Assembly: GCA_965219675.1 (NCBI GenBank)
Contig: OZ244786.1
Location: 3,674,597-3,738,596, forward strand
From: Candidatus Multivorans sp.
GTDB lineage: Bacteria; Acidobacteriota; Thermoanaerobaculia; Multivoradales; Multivoraceae
Reading direction: 5' to 3'
Length of the DNA: 64,000 nt
Shown in pieces: positions 39,105 through 47,881 of the stretch. How positions within the stretch are numbered: the stretch's first letter is position 1; every line of letters begins with the position of its first letter. The translations under genes were made by a program, and so were the position numbers. Below the pieces are notes generated by a model. That model saw only the letters and a program-made list of their open reading frames with translations. It had not been told where the DNA came from and searched no databases.

Positions 39105-40279
39105 CCCGCCACCGCCCGGACGGCCGGCTCCGCGGACAGCCCCCGCAACGCCTCCACTTCGCGCGCCAGCACCGGCAGGAAACTCGCGAGCTCCGCTTCG
39201 TCGTTCGTCGGCCCCAGGCTGATCCGGATCGACGCCAGGGCCTCGGCCGGCTCGACGCCCATCGCCAGCAGCGTCCGGCTCGGCTCGACGACGCCCGAGG
39301 CGCACGCCGCCCCGGTCGAGACCGCGAAGCCGGCGAGGTCGAGGCGGACGACGAGCTCCTCGCCGATCAGGCCGGGAAACGCGACGTGGGTCGTATGCGG
39401 CAGGCGCGGCGACGAGGCGCAGTGCAACCGCGCCTCAGGGATGTCGCCGAGGCCGGCCTCGAGCCCATCGCGGAGGCGACCCAACCGCTCGATGCGATCG
39501 TCAAGTTCCTCTGACGCCAAGGCCGCGCAGACCCCGAAACCGACGAGGGCCGCGACGTTCTCCGTGCCGGCCCGTCGCCGCCGCTCCTGGCCGCCGCCGA
39601 GGATGAGCGGCTCGAAGGCCGCGCCCTCCCGGATCCAGAGCGCTGCCGCCCCCACCGGCCCGTTGAACTTGTGCGCCGCCACGACGAGGTAGTCCGCGCC
39701 AAGGGCCCCCGCGTCGACGGCGAGCTTGCCCGCCGCCTGCACCGCGTCGCAAAGGAGCGGCACGCCGCGCGCACGGCACGCCGCGGACGCCTCGGCGACC
39801 GGCTGCACCGTGCCCAGCTCGTTGTTCGCCAGCATGAGGCAGGCAAGGCGGGTGTCCGGCCGGAGCGCCGCCGCGACGGCCCCCGCGTCGACGACGCCGT
39901 CAGCCCCCGGACAGAGCCGCGTCACATCCACGCCAAGCCCCTCCAAGCGGTCGGCAGCCGCGTGAATCGAGGGATGCTCCAGCTCCGAGATCACCAGGTG
40001 GCCGCGCTCCCCGCCGGCGAACGCCGAGAGCAGCACCGCGTTGTTCGCCTCGGTACCCGAGGCGACAAACACGACCTCCGGCGGCTGCCCGCCGACGAGC
40101 TCCGCCACCTGCTCCCGCGCGAGTTCCACCGCGGCCCGCGCCTCGCGGCCAAAGGCATGGACCGACGAGGGGTTCCCGTGCCGCACCCCCAGCCACGGCG
40201 CCATCGCGTCGCCGACCCGCGGATCGAGCGGCGTGGTCGCGTTGTGGTCGAGGTAGACGGGTGGGGTTGGGGTGGGCAT
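39101..40279 (-). CDS. cysteine desulfurase (NifS/IscS family)
   Basis: PLP lysine motif AAHKFNGPVGAAAL, class V aminotransferase; ATGA overlap with mnmA; upstream extension of track ORF is REP-encoded. Confidence 0.8.
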   Translation of the reverse strand: MPTPTPPVYLDHNATTPLDPRVGDAMAPWLGVRHGNPSSVHAFGREARAAVELAREQVAELVGGQPPEVVFVASGTEANNAVLLSAFAGGERGHLVISELEHPSIHAAADRLEGLGVDVTRLCPGADGVVDAGAVAAALRPDTRLACLMLANNELGTVQPVAEASAACRARGVPLLCDAVQAAGKLAVDAGALGADYLVVAAHKFNGPVGAAALWIREGAAFEPLILGGGQERRRRAGTENVAALVGFGVCAALASEELDDRIERLGRLRDGLEAGLGDIPEARLHCASSPRLPHTTHVAFPGLIGEELVVRLDLAGFAVSTGAACASGVVEPSRTLLAMGVEPAEALASIRISLGPTNDEAELASFLPVLAREVEALRGLSAEPAVRAVAG

Positions 40280-40310
40280 GGTTGTGGTGGATTGTACGTT
40301 TAGAGGGGAA

Positions 40311-40542
40311 GGTGCCGGCCTTCGGCCGGCCGCATCCTGGCCGCCTGCGGCGGCAGCCGGCGGGGACGCCGGCGCACCCGGTAGAGATGCCGGCCGAAGG
40401 CCGGCCGTATCCTGGCCGCCTTCGGCGGCAGCCGGCGAGGACGCCGGCGCACCCGGTAGAGGTGCCGGCCTTCGGCCGGCCCGTATCCTGGCCGCCTTCG
40501 GCGGCAAGCCGGCGAGGACGCCGGCGCACCCAGAGAACGACC
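40311..40542 (+). repeat. tandem array of 3 x 75-bp REP units (contain GTAG tetranucleotide)
   Basis: tgccggccgaaggccggccgtatcctggccgccttcggcggcagccggcggggacgccggcgcacccggtagagg repeated. Confidence 0.8.
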
Positions 40543-40562
40543 CTTCCCGGGGCGCGAGTCTC

Positions 40563-41300
40563 TACTCCAAGTCACCGCTCGCAGCGACGTCCTGACGGCT
40601 GCAGAAGAGAAGCACGCCCCACCGACCATCGCTCGCTGGGTGCGCCGGCGTCCTCGCCGGCTGCCGCCACAGGCGGCCAAAACCAACGCGCCGGCCGAAG
40701 GCCGGCTCCGCTCACCACTCGCAGCGACGTCCTGACGGCTGCAGAAGAGAAGCACACCCCGCCGACTATCGCTCGCTGGGTGCGCCGGCGTCCTCGCCGG
40801 CTTGCCGCCGCAGGCGGCCAAGACCAACGCGCCGGCCGAAAGGCCGGCTCCGCTCACCGCTCGCAGCGACGTCCTGACGGCTGCAGAAGGAAAGCACGCC
40901 CCACCGACCATCGCTCGCTGGGTGCGCCGGCGTCCTCGCCGGCTGCCGCCGCAGGCGGCCAAAACCAACGCGCCGGCCGAAGGCCGGCTCCGCTCACCGC
41001 TCCCAGCGACGTCGTGACGGCTGCTGAAGAGAAACACGCCCCACCGACCATCGCTCGCTGGGTGCGCCGGCGTCCTCGCCGGCTGCCGCCGCAGGCGGCC
41101 AAAACCAACGCGCCGGCCGAAAGGCCGGCTCCGCTCACCGCTCCCCAGCGACGCCCTGACGGCTGCAGAAGAGAAGCACGCCCCACCGACCATCGCTCGC
41201 TGGGTGCGCCGGCGTCCCCGCCGGCTGCCGCCACTGGCGGCCAAAACCAACGCGCCGGCCGAAAGGCCGGCTCCACTACCTCCGCTCCCCCGCCGCCCCC
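40563..41300 (+). repeat. tandem array of ~5.5 x 141-bp units (REP core + ~95-bp spacer with two further hairpins)
   Basis: ctgggtgcgcc recurs at 40636, 40776, 40918, 41058, 41200. Confidence 0.85.
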
Positions 41301-41343
41301 GCCGCCCCCGAAGCCCAAGCCCAGGCGGTACGCTTGACGACCG

Positions 41344-43926
41344 ATGAACGCCGCACGCAGAGCCTCGATCCTGGCCCTGGCGGCGGGCCTCCTCTTTGCC
41401 TTCACCGCCCCGGCGCCGGCGCAGGAGAGGAAGGAAACCCGCAAGGAGCGGCGCGAGCGACGGGCGGCGCTCGAGGCCGCCGAGGCGGCTCTGCCGCTCG
41501 AGTTCAAGACCTTCCTCGACGACGTTCACTTCCTGATCAGCGACGGGGAGCGCGAGGCGTTCCTCGAAGTCACCCAGGACTACCAGCGGCGCGCCTGGAT
41601 CGAGCGGTTCTGGCGGCTTCGCGACTCCTACCCCGAGACGCCGCGCAACGAGTTCCGCGCCCGCTGGGAGGAGCGGCTGCTCTACGTCCGGCAGGAGTTC
41701 GAGGGACCCCGTTCGGACCGGACGCGCATGTACCTGCTGAACGGCGGGCCCGGCGGGCGGCTCAAGTTCCAGTGCACGATGGTCACCTGGCCGATCGAGA
41801 TCTGGTTCTACCAGCGCAGCGAAACGGTCGGCCACGAGTTCTTCCTGCTGTTCTACCGCCGCGCCAACCAGCCCCACTACGAACTGTGGCACCCCGCCGA
41901 CGGCCTGGACCGTCTCCTGGACTTCGGCGTCAGCGCGCAGGCGGCCGCCGGCGACATCCAGAGCTGCAAGGACGGCGACGTCGCGGCCTCCGCGATCAAC
42001 TGGCTTCTGCGATCGAACGGCATGGAGTTCGCCACGCTGATGGCGCGCCTGATCGAACCGCCCGAGGCGCCCTCGGCGGAGTGGACGCTCACGTTCGAGG
42101 CCTACACCACGGACGTACCGGAGGACGCCGAGCCCCTCGACGCCTCGCTCGAGGTTCGCTACCCGGCCCGCTACCAGGCGCGCACCGTGGTCGAGTCGGT
42201 AGTCGAGATCGAGCCGTCCTCGGCCCGCCGGGACGAGGTCGGCGGACAGTCGAGCTACAACTTCTTCCTCACCGGCGAAGTGCTGCGCGAGGATGCGCTG
42301 TTCGAGAACTTCCGCTACAAGTTCGACCTGCCCCTGGGCACCGACGCCGACGCCACCGACGACGCAGGCACGAACGCCGCGAGCGGCGACGACCCGCCCA
42401 TCCTGCTCACCTTCGAACGGCGGCTGCGACCGGGCAACTACCGCCTCGTGCTCAAGATCGAGGACCTGAACGGCGCCCGCTTCGCGCGCCTCGAACAGCC
42501 GCTCGACGTGCCGACGCTCGAGGCGCCCGCCGCCCGCCAGCTCGACCCGGCAGTCCAGAAGATCATCGACCAGGCCGAGGCGGTGCTCACCAGCAGCGTG
42601 CCCACGGTGCAGCTCCTCGAACCGCCGGGCGAACTCCAGACCGGCCTGGTGCGCTTCGACACCCTGGCGACCGGCGACATCGCCGAGATGCGATTCTGGC
42701 TCGACGGCAACCAGGTCGCCCGCAAGCGCAGCGCGCCGTTCTCCGTCGAACTCGACCTGGGGTCCGTGCCGCGCGTCCACGTCCTGCGCGCCACGGCCCA
42801 CGACGGGAGCGGCGACGAGGTCGCCTCGGACGAGATCTCCCTGAACTCCGGCCGCAACCGCTTCGCGCTCCGCTTCGCCGAGCCGCGCGAGGGCGTGAAG
42901 TACGAGGGCGAAGTCCAGGTCGAGGTCGACCTCGCGGTCCCGGACGGCAGCCTGGTCGAGCGCCTGGAACTGTTCCTCAACGACGAACCGATCGCCACGC
43001 TCTACCAGGAGCCCTTCAGCCAGCGGGTCGAACTGCCGCCGGGCGACGAGATCACCTACCTGCGCGCCGCGGCCTTTCTCGTCGACGGCAACTCGACCGA
43101 CGCGGTCGTCTACGTCAACGCGCCGGACTACCTGGAGATCGTCGACATCCAGTACGTCGAGCTCTACGCCTCGGCGCTCCACCGCTCGGGCCGCCCCTAC
43201 GAGGACCTGCAACCCGACCAGGTCACGATCCTCGAGGACGGCACGCCGCAGGACATCCTCCGCTTCCAGCGGGTGACCGACCTGCCCGTCCACCTCCAGG
43301 TGATGCTCGACGTCTCGGCCTCCATGGTCGACCGCCTGGCCACGGCCCGCGAGGCTGCCCTCGGCCTGTTCCAGTCGGAGATCACGCCCCGCGACCGGGC
43401 GGCCCTGGTGACCTTCAACGACCATCCGTACCTCGCCTCCGACTTCACGAACGACCCCGCGAAGCTCGCCGGATCGCTCGCCGGCCTCAAGGCCGAGCGC
43501 GGCACGGCCCTCTACGACGCCCTCGTCTTCGGCCTCTACTACCTGAACGGGATCAAGGGCCAGCGGGCCTTGCTGCTGCTCTCCGACGGGAAGGACGAGA
43601 GCAGCCGCTTCAGCTTCGAACAGGCCCTCGAGTACGCGCAGCGATCCGGGGTCGCGATCTACGCGATCGGGCTGGGACGCCAGAGCGGCCCGGCCAAGCG
43701 GGCGCTGTCCCGGCTCGCCGAACGGACCGGCGGCCGCTCCTTCTTCATCAGCAGCGTCGGCGAACTCGCCGGCGTCTACGGCCACATCCTCGGCGAGCTG
43801 CGCTCCCGCTACCTGATCACCTACCAGTCGACGAACACGAGCGGCGACCGCCGCTTCCGCCAAGTGGAGGTCGACGCCGAGGTGCCGGGGGTGTCGGTGC
43901 GGACGCTGAAGGGGTACTACCCTTGA
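41344..43926 (+). CDS. GWxTD-domain, Ig-like repeat and C-terminal VWA-domain secreted protein
   Basis: Signal peptide; RFWRLRDSYPETPRNEF (GWxTD), VWA MIDAS-like DVSASM...ALYDAL; ~860 aa. Confidence 0.65.
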   Translation: MNAARRASILALAAGLLFAFTAPAPAQERKETRKERRERRAALEAAEAALPLEFKTFLDDVHFLISDGEREAFLEVTQDYQRRAWIERFWRLRDSYPETPRNEFRARWEERLLYVRQEFEGPRSDRTRMYLLNGGPGGRLKFQCTMVTWPIEIWFYQRSETVGHEFFLLFYRRANQPHYELWHPADGLDRLLDFGVSAQAAAGDIQSCKDGDVAASAINWLLRSNGMEFATLMARLIEPPEAPSAEWTLTFEAYTTDVPEDAEPLDASLEVRYPARYQARTVVESVVEIEPSSARRDEVGGQSSYNFFLTGEVLREDALFENFRYKFDLPLGTDADATDDAGTNAASGDDPPILLTFERRLRPGNYRLVLKIEDLNGARFARLEQPLDVPTLEAPAARQLDPAVQKIIDQAEAVLTSSVPTVQLLEPPGELQTGLVRFDTLATGDIAEMRFWLDGNQVARKRSAPFSVELDLGSVPRVHVLRATAHDGSGDEVASDEISLNSGRNRFALRFAEPREGVKYEGEVQVEVDLAVPDGSLVERLELFLNDEPIATLYQEPFSQRVELPPGDEITYLRAAAFLVDGNSTDAVVYVNAPDYLEIVDIQYVELYASALHRSGRPYEDLQPDQVTILEDGTPQDILRFQRVTDLPVHLQVMLDVSASMVDRLATAREAALGLFQSEITPRDRAALVTFNDHPYLASDFTNDPAKLAGSLAGLKAERGTALYDALVFGLYYLNGIKGQRALLLLSDGKDESSRFSFEQALEYAQRSGVAIYAIGLGRQSGPAKRALSRLAERTGGRSFFISSVGELAGVYGHILGELRSRYLITYQSTNTSGDRRFRQVEVDAEVPGVSVRTLKGYYP

Positions 43927-43937
43927 GGTTGGGACGG

Positions 43938-46589
43938 ATGTGGAGCCGGCCTGCGGCCGGCGCGTCTTCCGGCCGCCTTCGGCGGCAGCCGGCGGGGACG
44001 CCGGCGCACCCAGTGGCGGCTCCACTCCTTCTTCGGCGGCGGCCGGCGCACCCAGTGGTGGTGGTGCTGCTGCTTCTCGCGAGCGCGGCTGTTGCCCAGG
44101 ACGCGTCCACGAGCACGCTCGACCGGCGGCACGCCGAGTTCCTCGAGGTCGCCTCGGCGATCCTGACCGACACGGAGCGGCGCGTGTTCGGCGAGCTCCG
44201 GCACGACTACCAGCGCGACGCGTTCATCCAGCGGTTCTGGAGCGTCCGCGACCCGTATCCCGAGACGCCGCAGAACGAGTTCCGGGAGCGCTTCGAGCGC
44301 ACCCTCGAAATGGCCGAGGAGCGTTTCGGCGACGCGCGCGGCGCCCGTTTCGAGGCTCTGCTGCTGCACGGCGAACCGCAGCGGACGTTCACCACAACGT
44401 GCCAACTGCTCCGCACGATGGAGATCTGGCACTACCCGCACAGCCCGGTGGTCCGCGGCGAGTTCTACCTCGTCTTCCTGCGCCAGGGCGGCGGTTACCG
44501 GTTGTGGACGGCCGCCGACGGCCTGTCCGCCATCATGGTCTTCACCGCCGGCGGGCTCGACCGCGCCTCCCGGATCGAGGAGATCGGCCGGGAGTGCTCG
44601 CGCGGCGGCGACGTGCTGACCGCCCTGGGCCTCGCCCTCGACTGGGAGGCGATGGGCGGCGAGCCGGAACCCGGAAAGGCGAACGACGAATGGGCGCTCG
44701 CCTTCCTCGATCGCAGCACGGAGGCGCCCGCCGACGCGGAGCAACTCGCGGCCGAGATCGCGATGCGCTACCCGGGGCGGCGCGGCAGCCGCACCGTGGT
44801 CCAGGCGATCGTCGGCATCGACCCGGCGTTGCTGCCCGAGGCGGAGAAGGACCGCCGGCGCTTCGTGCTCGACGGCGAGGTGCTGCGGCAGGGCGAGCTG
44901 TTCGAGAACTTCCGCTACCGCTTCGAGCCGCGGACCCGGCCCGGCGAGCAGGGCGGCGAGACGGTTCCGCTGGTCATGCAGCGCTACCTGCGGCCGGGGG
45001 CGTACCGCCTGGTCGTCAAGGTGCGCGATCTGGACGCGGAGCTGTACTTTGCGGCGGAAGCCGAGATCGAGGTGCCGCTTGTGCCGCGGACGGCGGAGGC
45101 GGAGGCGGAGCCGGAGCCGGAGCCGGCCAGAGGGCCGGCGCACCCAGTGGCGGAGCACCCGGTGGCCGGCAGGCCGGGCCTGCCGGAGTGGCTGGCCGAA
45201 GTGAACGCGGCCACGCCAGGCGACGTGGAATCGGACGAGCACATCGTCCGCATTCTCCCGCTGCCCGAGCGGCTCCTCGTGGACCGGGTCCGCATCGGCG
45301 CGGACGCCGAGGGTCCCGACATCCACCGCGTCGCCTTTTCCCTGGATGACCGGGAGCTGATCAGCAAGCGACGGCCGCCTTACCAGGTCGATATCGACCT
45401 GGGGCCGACCCCGCGCGTTCACACCCTGCGCGCCGACGCCTACGACGAGCAGGGCGGCGTCCTGGCAACCGACGAGGTGCTCGTCAACTCCGGGCCCCAC
45501 CGCTTCACCGTCCGCCTGACCTCGCCCCAGCGCGGCGCCGTCCACACCCGCAGCGTGCGGGCCGTCGCCGAGGTCGAGGCGCCGCGCCACGAGCGGCTGG
45601 ACCGGGTCGAGTTCTTCCTCAACGACACCCGCACCGCGACGCTCTACCAGCGGCCGTTCGAGCAACCGATCCGGATCGATCCCGACGAGCCCCTCTCCTA
45701 CGTTCGCGCGGTGGCCCACCTGGAGAGCGGCGCCTGGGCCGAGGACCTCGTGTTCGTCAACTCGCGCGACCTGGACGAGGAAGTCGACGTCGCCCTGATC
45801 GAGCTCTACACCTCGGTCACGGACCGCTCCGGAGCGCCCCTGCTGGGACTCGCGGAGAGCGACTTCCAGGTCCTCGTCGACGGCGAACCTCAGTCCCTCC
45901 AGCGGTTCGACCGCGCCGCCAACCTGCCGGTTCACGCCGGCATCCTCTTCGACACCTCGACCTCCATGGTCGACCGCATCGACGCCGCCGAGGAGGCGGC
46001 CCTCCACTTCTTCGAACTCGTCCTCGGTCCGCAGGACCGCGCCTGCCTGATCACCTTCAACGACCGGCCCGAACTCGCCGTCGGCTTCACCGGCTCCCGG
46101 GAGACCCTGGCCGGCGGCCTCGCCGACCTGGCCACCGAGGGCGAAACCGCGCTCTACGACAGCGTCCTCTACGCGCTCTACTACTTCGGCGGACTGCGCG
46201 GCAAGCGGGCGCTCATCCTGCTCACGGACGGCGGCGACTCCAGCAGCGAGCACCGCTACGACGACGTGCTCGACTTCGCGCGCCGCACCCAGGTCGCGAT
46301 CTACAGCATCGGCATCGACATCAGCCCGCGCGAACTCCTCGTCCGCGGCCGCCTGCAGCAACTCTGCGACGAGACCGGCGGCCGCTGCTTCTTCATCACC
46401 GGCGCCAGCGAACTGAAACGCGTCTACGAACGGATCGAAACGGAAGTCCGCTCCCAGTACCTGCTCGTCTTCGAGTCGCCCAACGGCGAGCCCGGCGCCT
46501 TCCGCAAGGTCGACGTGAAGCTGAAGAACCCACGCGCCCACGGCAAACGCGGCCTGAAAGTCCAGACCATCCAGGGCTACTTCCAGTGA
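43938..46589 (+). CDS. GWxTD/Ig-like/VWA-domain secreted protein, paralog of 41344..43926 (start uncertain: ATG 43938 with REP-encoded n-region, or GTG ~44055)
   Basis: QRFWSVRDPYPETPQNEF, VWA DTSTSM...ALYDSV; hydrophobic signal VVVVLLLLASAAVA follows REP-coded segment. Confidence 0.6.
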   Translation: MWSRPAAGASSGRLRRQPAGTPAHPVAAPLLLRRRPAHPVVVVLLLLASAAVAQDASTSTLDRRHAEFLEVASAILTDTERRVFGELRHDYQRDAFIQRFWSVRDPYPETPQNEFRERFERTLEMAEERFGDARGARFEALLLHGEPQRTFTTTCQLLRTMEIWHYPHSPVVRGEFYLVFLRQGGGYRLWTAADGLSAIMVFTAGGLDRASRIEEIGRECSRGGDVLTALGLALDWEAMGGEPEPGKANDEWALAFLDRSTEAPADAEQLAAEIAMRYPGRRGSRTVVQAIVGIDPALLPEAEKDRRRFVLDGEVLRQGELFENFRYRFEPRTRPGEQGGETVPLVMQRYLRPGAYRLVVKVRDLDAELYFAAEAEIEVPLVPRTAEAEAEPEPEPARGPAHPVAEHPVAGRPGLPEWLAEVNAATPGDVESDEHIVRILPLPERLLVDRVRIGADAEGPDIHRVAFSLDDRELISKRRPPYQVDIDLGPTPRVHTLRADAYDEQGGVLATDEVLVNSGPHRFTVRLTSPQRGAVHTRSVRAVAEVEAPRHERLDRVEFFLNDTRTATLYQRPFEQPIRIDPDEPLSYVRAVAHLESGAWAEDLVFVNSRDLDEEVDVALIELYTSVTDRSGAPLLGLAESDFQVLVDGEPQSLQRFDRAANLPVHAGILFDTSTSMVDRIDAAEEAALHFFELVLGPQDRACLITFNDRPELAVGFTGSRETLAGGLADLATEGETALYDSVLYALYYFGGLRGKRALILLTDGGDSSSEHRYDDVLDFARRTQVAIYSIGIDISPRELLVRGRLQQLCDETGGRCFFITGASELKRVYERIETEVRSQYLLVFESPNGEPGAFRKVDVKLKNPRAHGKRGLKVQTIQGYFQ
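43950..44057 (+). repeat. REP elements (inverted orientation) overlapping the 5' end of the downstream paralog
   Basis: ggccgccttcggcggcagccggcggggacgccggcgcacccagtgg plus partial second copy. Confidence 0.75.
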
Positions 46590-47362
46590 GCCAGGCTACC
46601 CCACCCGGTACACCGACCTCCCCACCGGGTGCACAGACCTCCCCACCGGGTGCGCCGGCGTCCCCGCCGGGTGCACAGACCTCCCCACTGGGTGCACAGA
46701 CCTCCCCACTGGGTGCGCCGGCGTCCCCGCCGGCACCAGGCGCGCAGCCGCGAAGCGGCGCGCGCGAACCGTCGACACCCGCCCCCCTGATCCTCGCCTC
46801 CGCCTCCCCCCGCCGCCGCGAGCTCCTCGCCTCCCTCGACCTCGACTTCACCGTCCGCCCCGCCACCGTCGACGAGACCCCGAACCCCGGCGAACGGCCC
46901 CGCGACCTCGTGCGGCGCCTCGCCCGCGAGAAAGCCGAGGCCCAGGCCGAGGACGGCGAATGGGTGCTGGCCGCCGACACGATCGTGGTCACCGAAGGCG
47001 AAGTCCTGGGCAAGCCCTCCGACCGGACCGAAGCCCGCTCCATGCTTGGACGCCTCCAGGGCCGCTGGCACCTCGTCCTCACCGGCGTCGCCCTCCGGCC
47101 GCCAGACGGCGACACACTCCACGCCGTCGAGAGCACCCGGGTCCTGTTCGCCGAACTGACCCCTGAGCAGATCGACTGGTACGCCGAGACCGGCGAGCCT
47201 GACGACAAGGCCGGCGCCTACGCCGTCCAGGGCCTGGGCAGCCTCTTCATCCTCGAGATCGACGGCAACTACAGCAACGTCGTCGGCTTGCCGCTACCAA
47301 CGGTGCGGCAGTTGTTCGAGGGGGCCGGGAGTGACGTCAGGGCCTTTCGACGACGAAGGTAG
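46586..47362 (+). CDS. maf: Maf-like nucleoside triphosphate pyrophosphatase (start uncertain: GTG 46586 overlapping upstream stop, or near 46787)
   Basis: LILASASPRRRELL Maf N-terminal signature and C-terminal Maf motifs. Confidence 0.6.
   Translation: MSQATPPGTPTSPPGAQTSPPGAPASPPGAQTSPLGAQTSPLGAPASPPAPGAQPRSGAREPSTPAPLILASASPRRRELLASLDLDFTVRPATVDETPNPGERPRDLVRRLAREKAEAQAEDGEWVLAADTIVVTEGEVLGKPSDRTEARSMLGRLQGRWHLVLTGVALRPPDGDTLHAVESTRVLFAELTPEQIDWYAETGEPDDKAGAYAVQGLGSLFILEIDGNYSNVVGLPLPTVRQLFEGAGSDVRAFRRRR
46600..46740 (+). repeat. tandem 21-bp repeats (~7 copies) derived from REP 5' core
   Basis: cccac(c/t)gggtgc(a/g)c... units; period 21 = 7 codons. Confidence 0.7.
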
Positions 47363-47387
47363 GAGGAACAGGGCGCCACCGAGGGCG

Positions 47388-47415
47388 GCCACTGGGTGCG
47401 CCGGCCTTCTGGCGG
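47388..47415 (+). repeat. REP-like fragment (CTTCTGG variant)
   Basis: ccactgggtgcgccggccttctggcggc. Confidence 0.5.
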
Positions 47416-47453
47416 CTGATAGCCTGCGTCGCTTCGCTGGCGAGGACTTTCGC

Positions 47454-47870
47454 ATGAGCCCGAACGTACAGCCGCTCCATGTGGCCTTCACGGCCACGCC
47501 GGAGATCTTCGCCACGGACAACAAGGGGGCGTTCGTCTTCCCGTTGGCGCACGAGCAGGGTGAGCGCGTGGAGACGCTCCGCTACGACGAAATGCGGTTC
47601 GTCGTCTCGGTCTGGCACCCGCGGGAAGGCAAGAACATCGATCTGGACAAGGCGTACCTGGAGCTCCGGGCGAACTTCACGGAAGACGGGCACTGGACGC
47701 GGCTGGCCGAGCTGGAACCCGTCGTATCCCCCTACCAGCGGGGCGAGACGTTCGACGGCTGGATCGTCCTGCCCGTGCTGTCCGGGGACACGGGGCTGCG
47801 GCTTCACGGCGGCGGCTTCCAGCCCCGGGCGCGGTTGCAGATCCGGGCTTCGGCCTACTTCGTGGCCTGA
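47454..47870 (+). CDS. hypothetical protein
   Basis: 138-aa ORF MSPNVQPLHVAF... with protein-like composition and high GC3. Confidence 0.4.
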   Translation: MSPNVQPLHVAFTATPEIFATDNKGAFVFPLAHEQGERVETLRYDEMRFVVSVWHPREGKNIDLDKAYLELRANFTEDGHWTRLAELEPVVSPYQRGETFDGWIVLPVLSGDTGLRLHGGGFQPRARLQIRASAYFVA

Positions 47871-47881
47871 GCGGTGCCGCC

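Noticed and set aside
37534-41340. Possible CRISPR arrays (regular direct repeats)
   Set aside because: The intervening segments are themselves repeated, not unique spacers. The units are 69, 75 and 141 bp, copies occur dispersed singly, and there are no cas genes. These are REP/MITE-type arrays.
40300-44025. 1241-aa minus-strand ORF, together with the plus-strand ORFs 40261..41337 and 37220..38095 and many 60-200 aa ORFs full of PAGTPAHPV / HWVRRRPRRLPPKAA / TGCAGVPAGCRRRRP peptides
   Set aside because: These run through REP arrays, whose core lacks stop codons in all six frames. Their composition is repeat-driven, and they overlap well-supported genes on the other strand.
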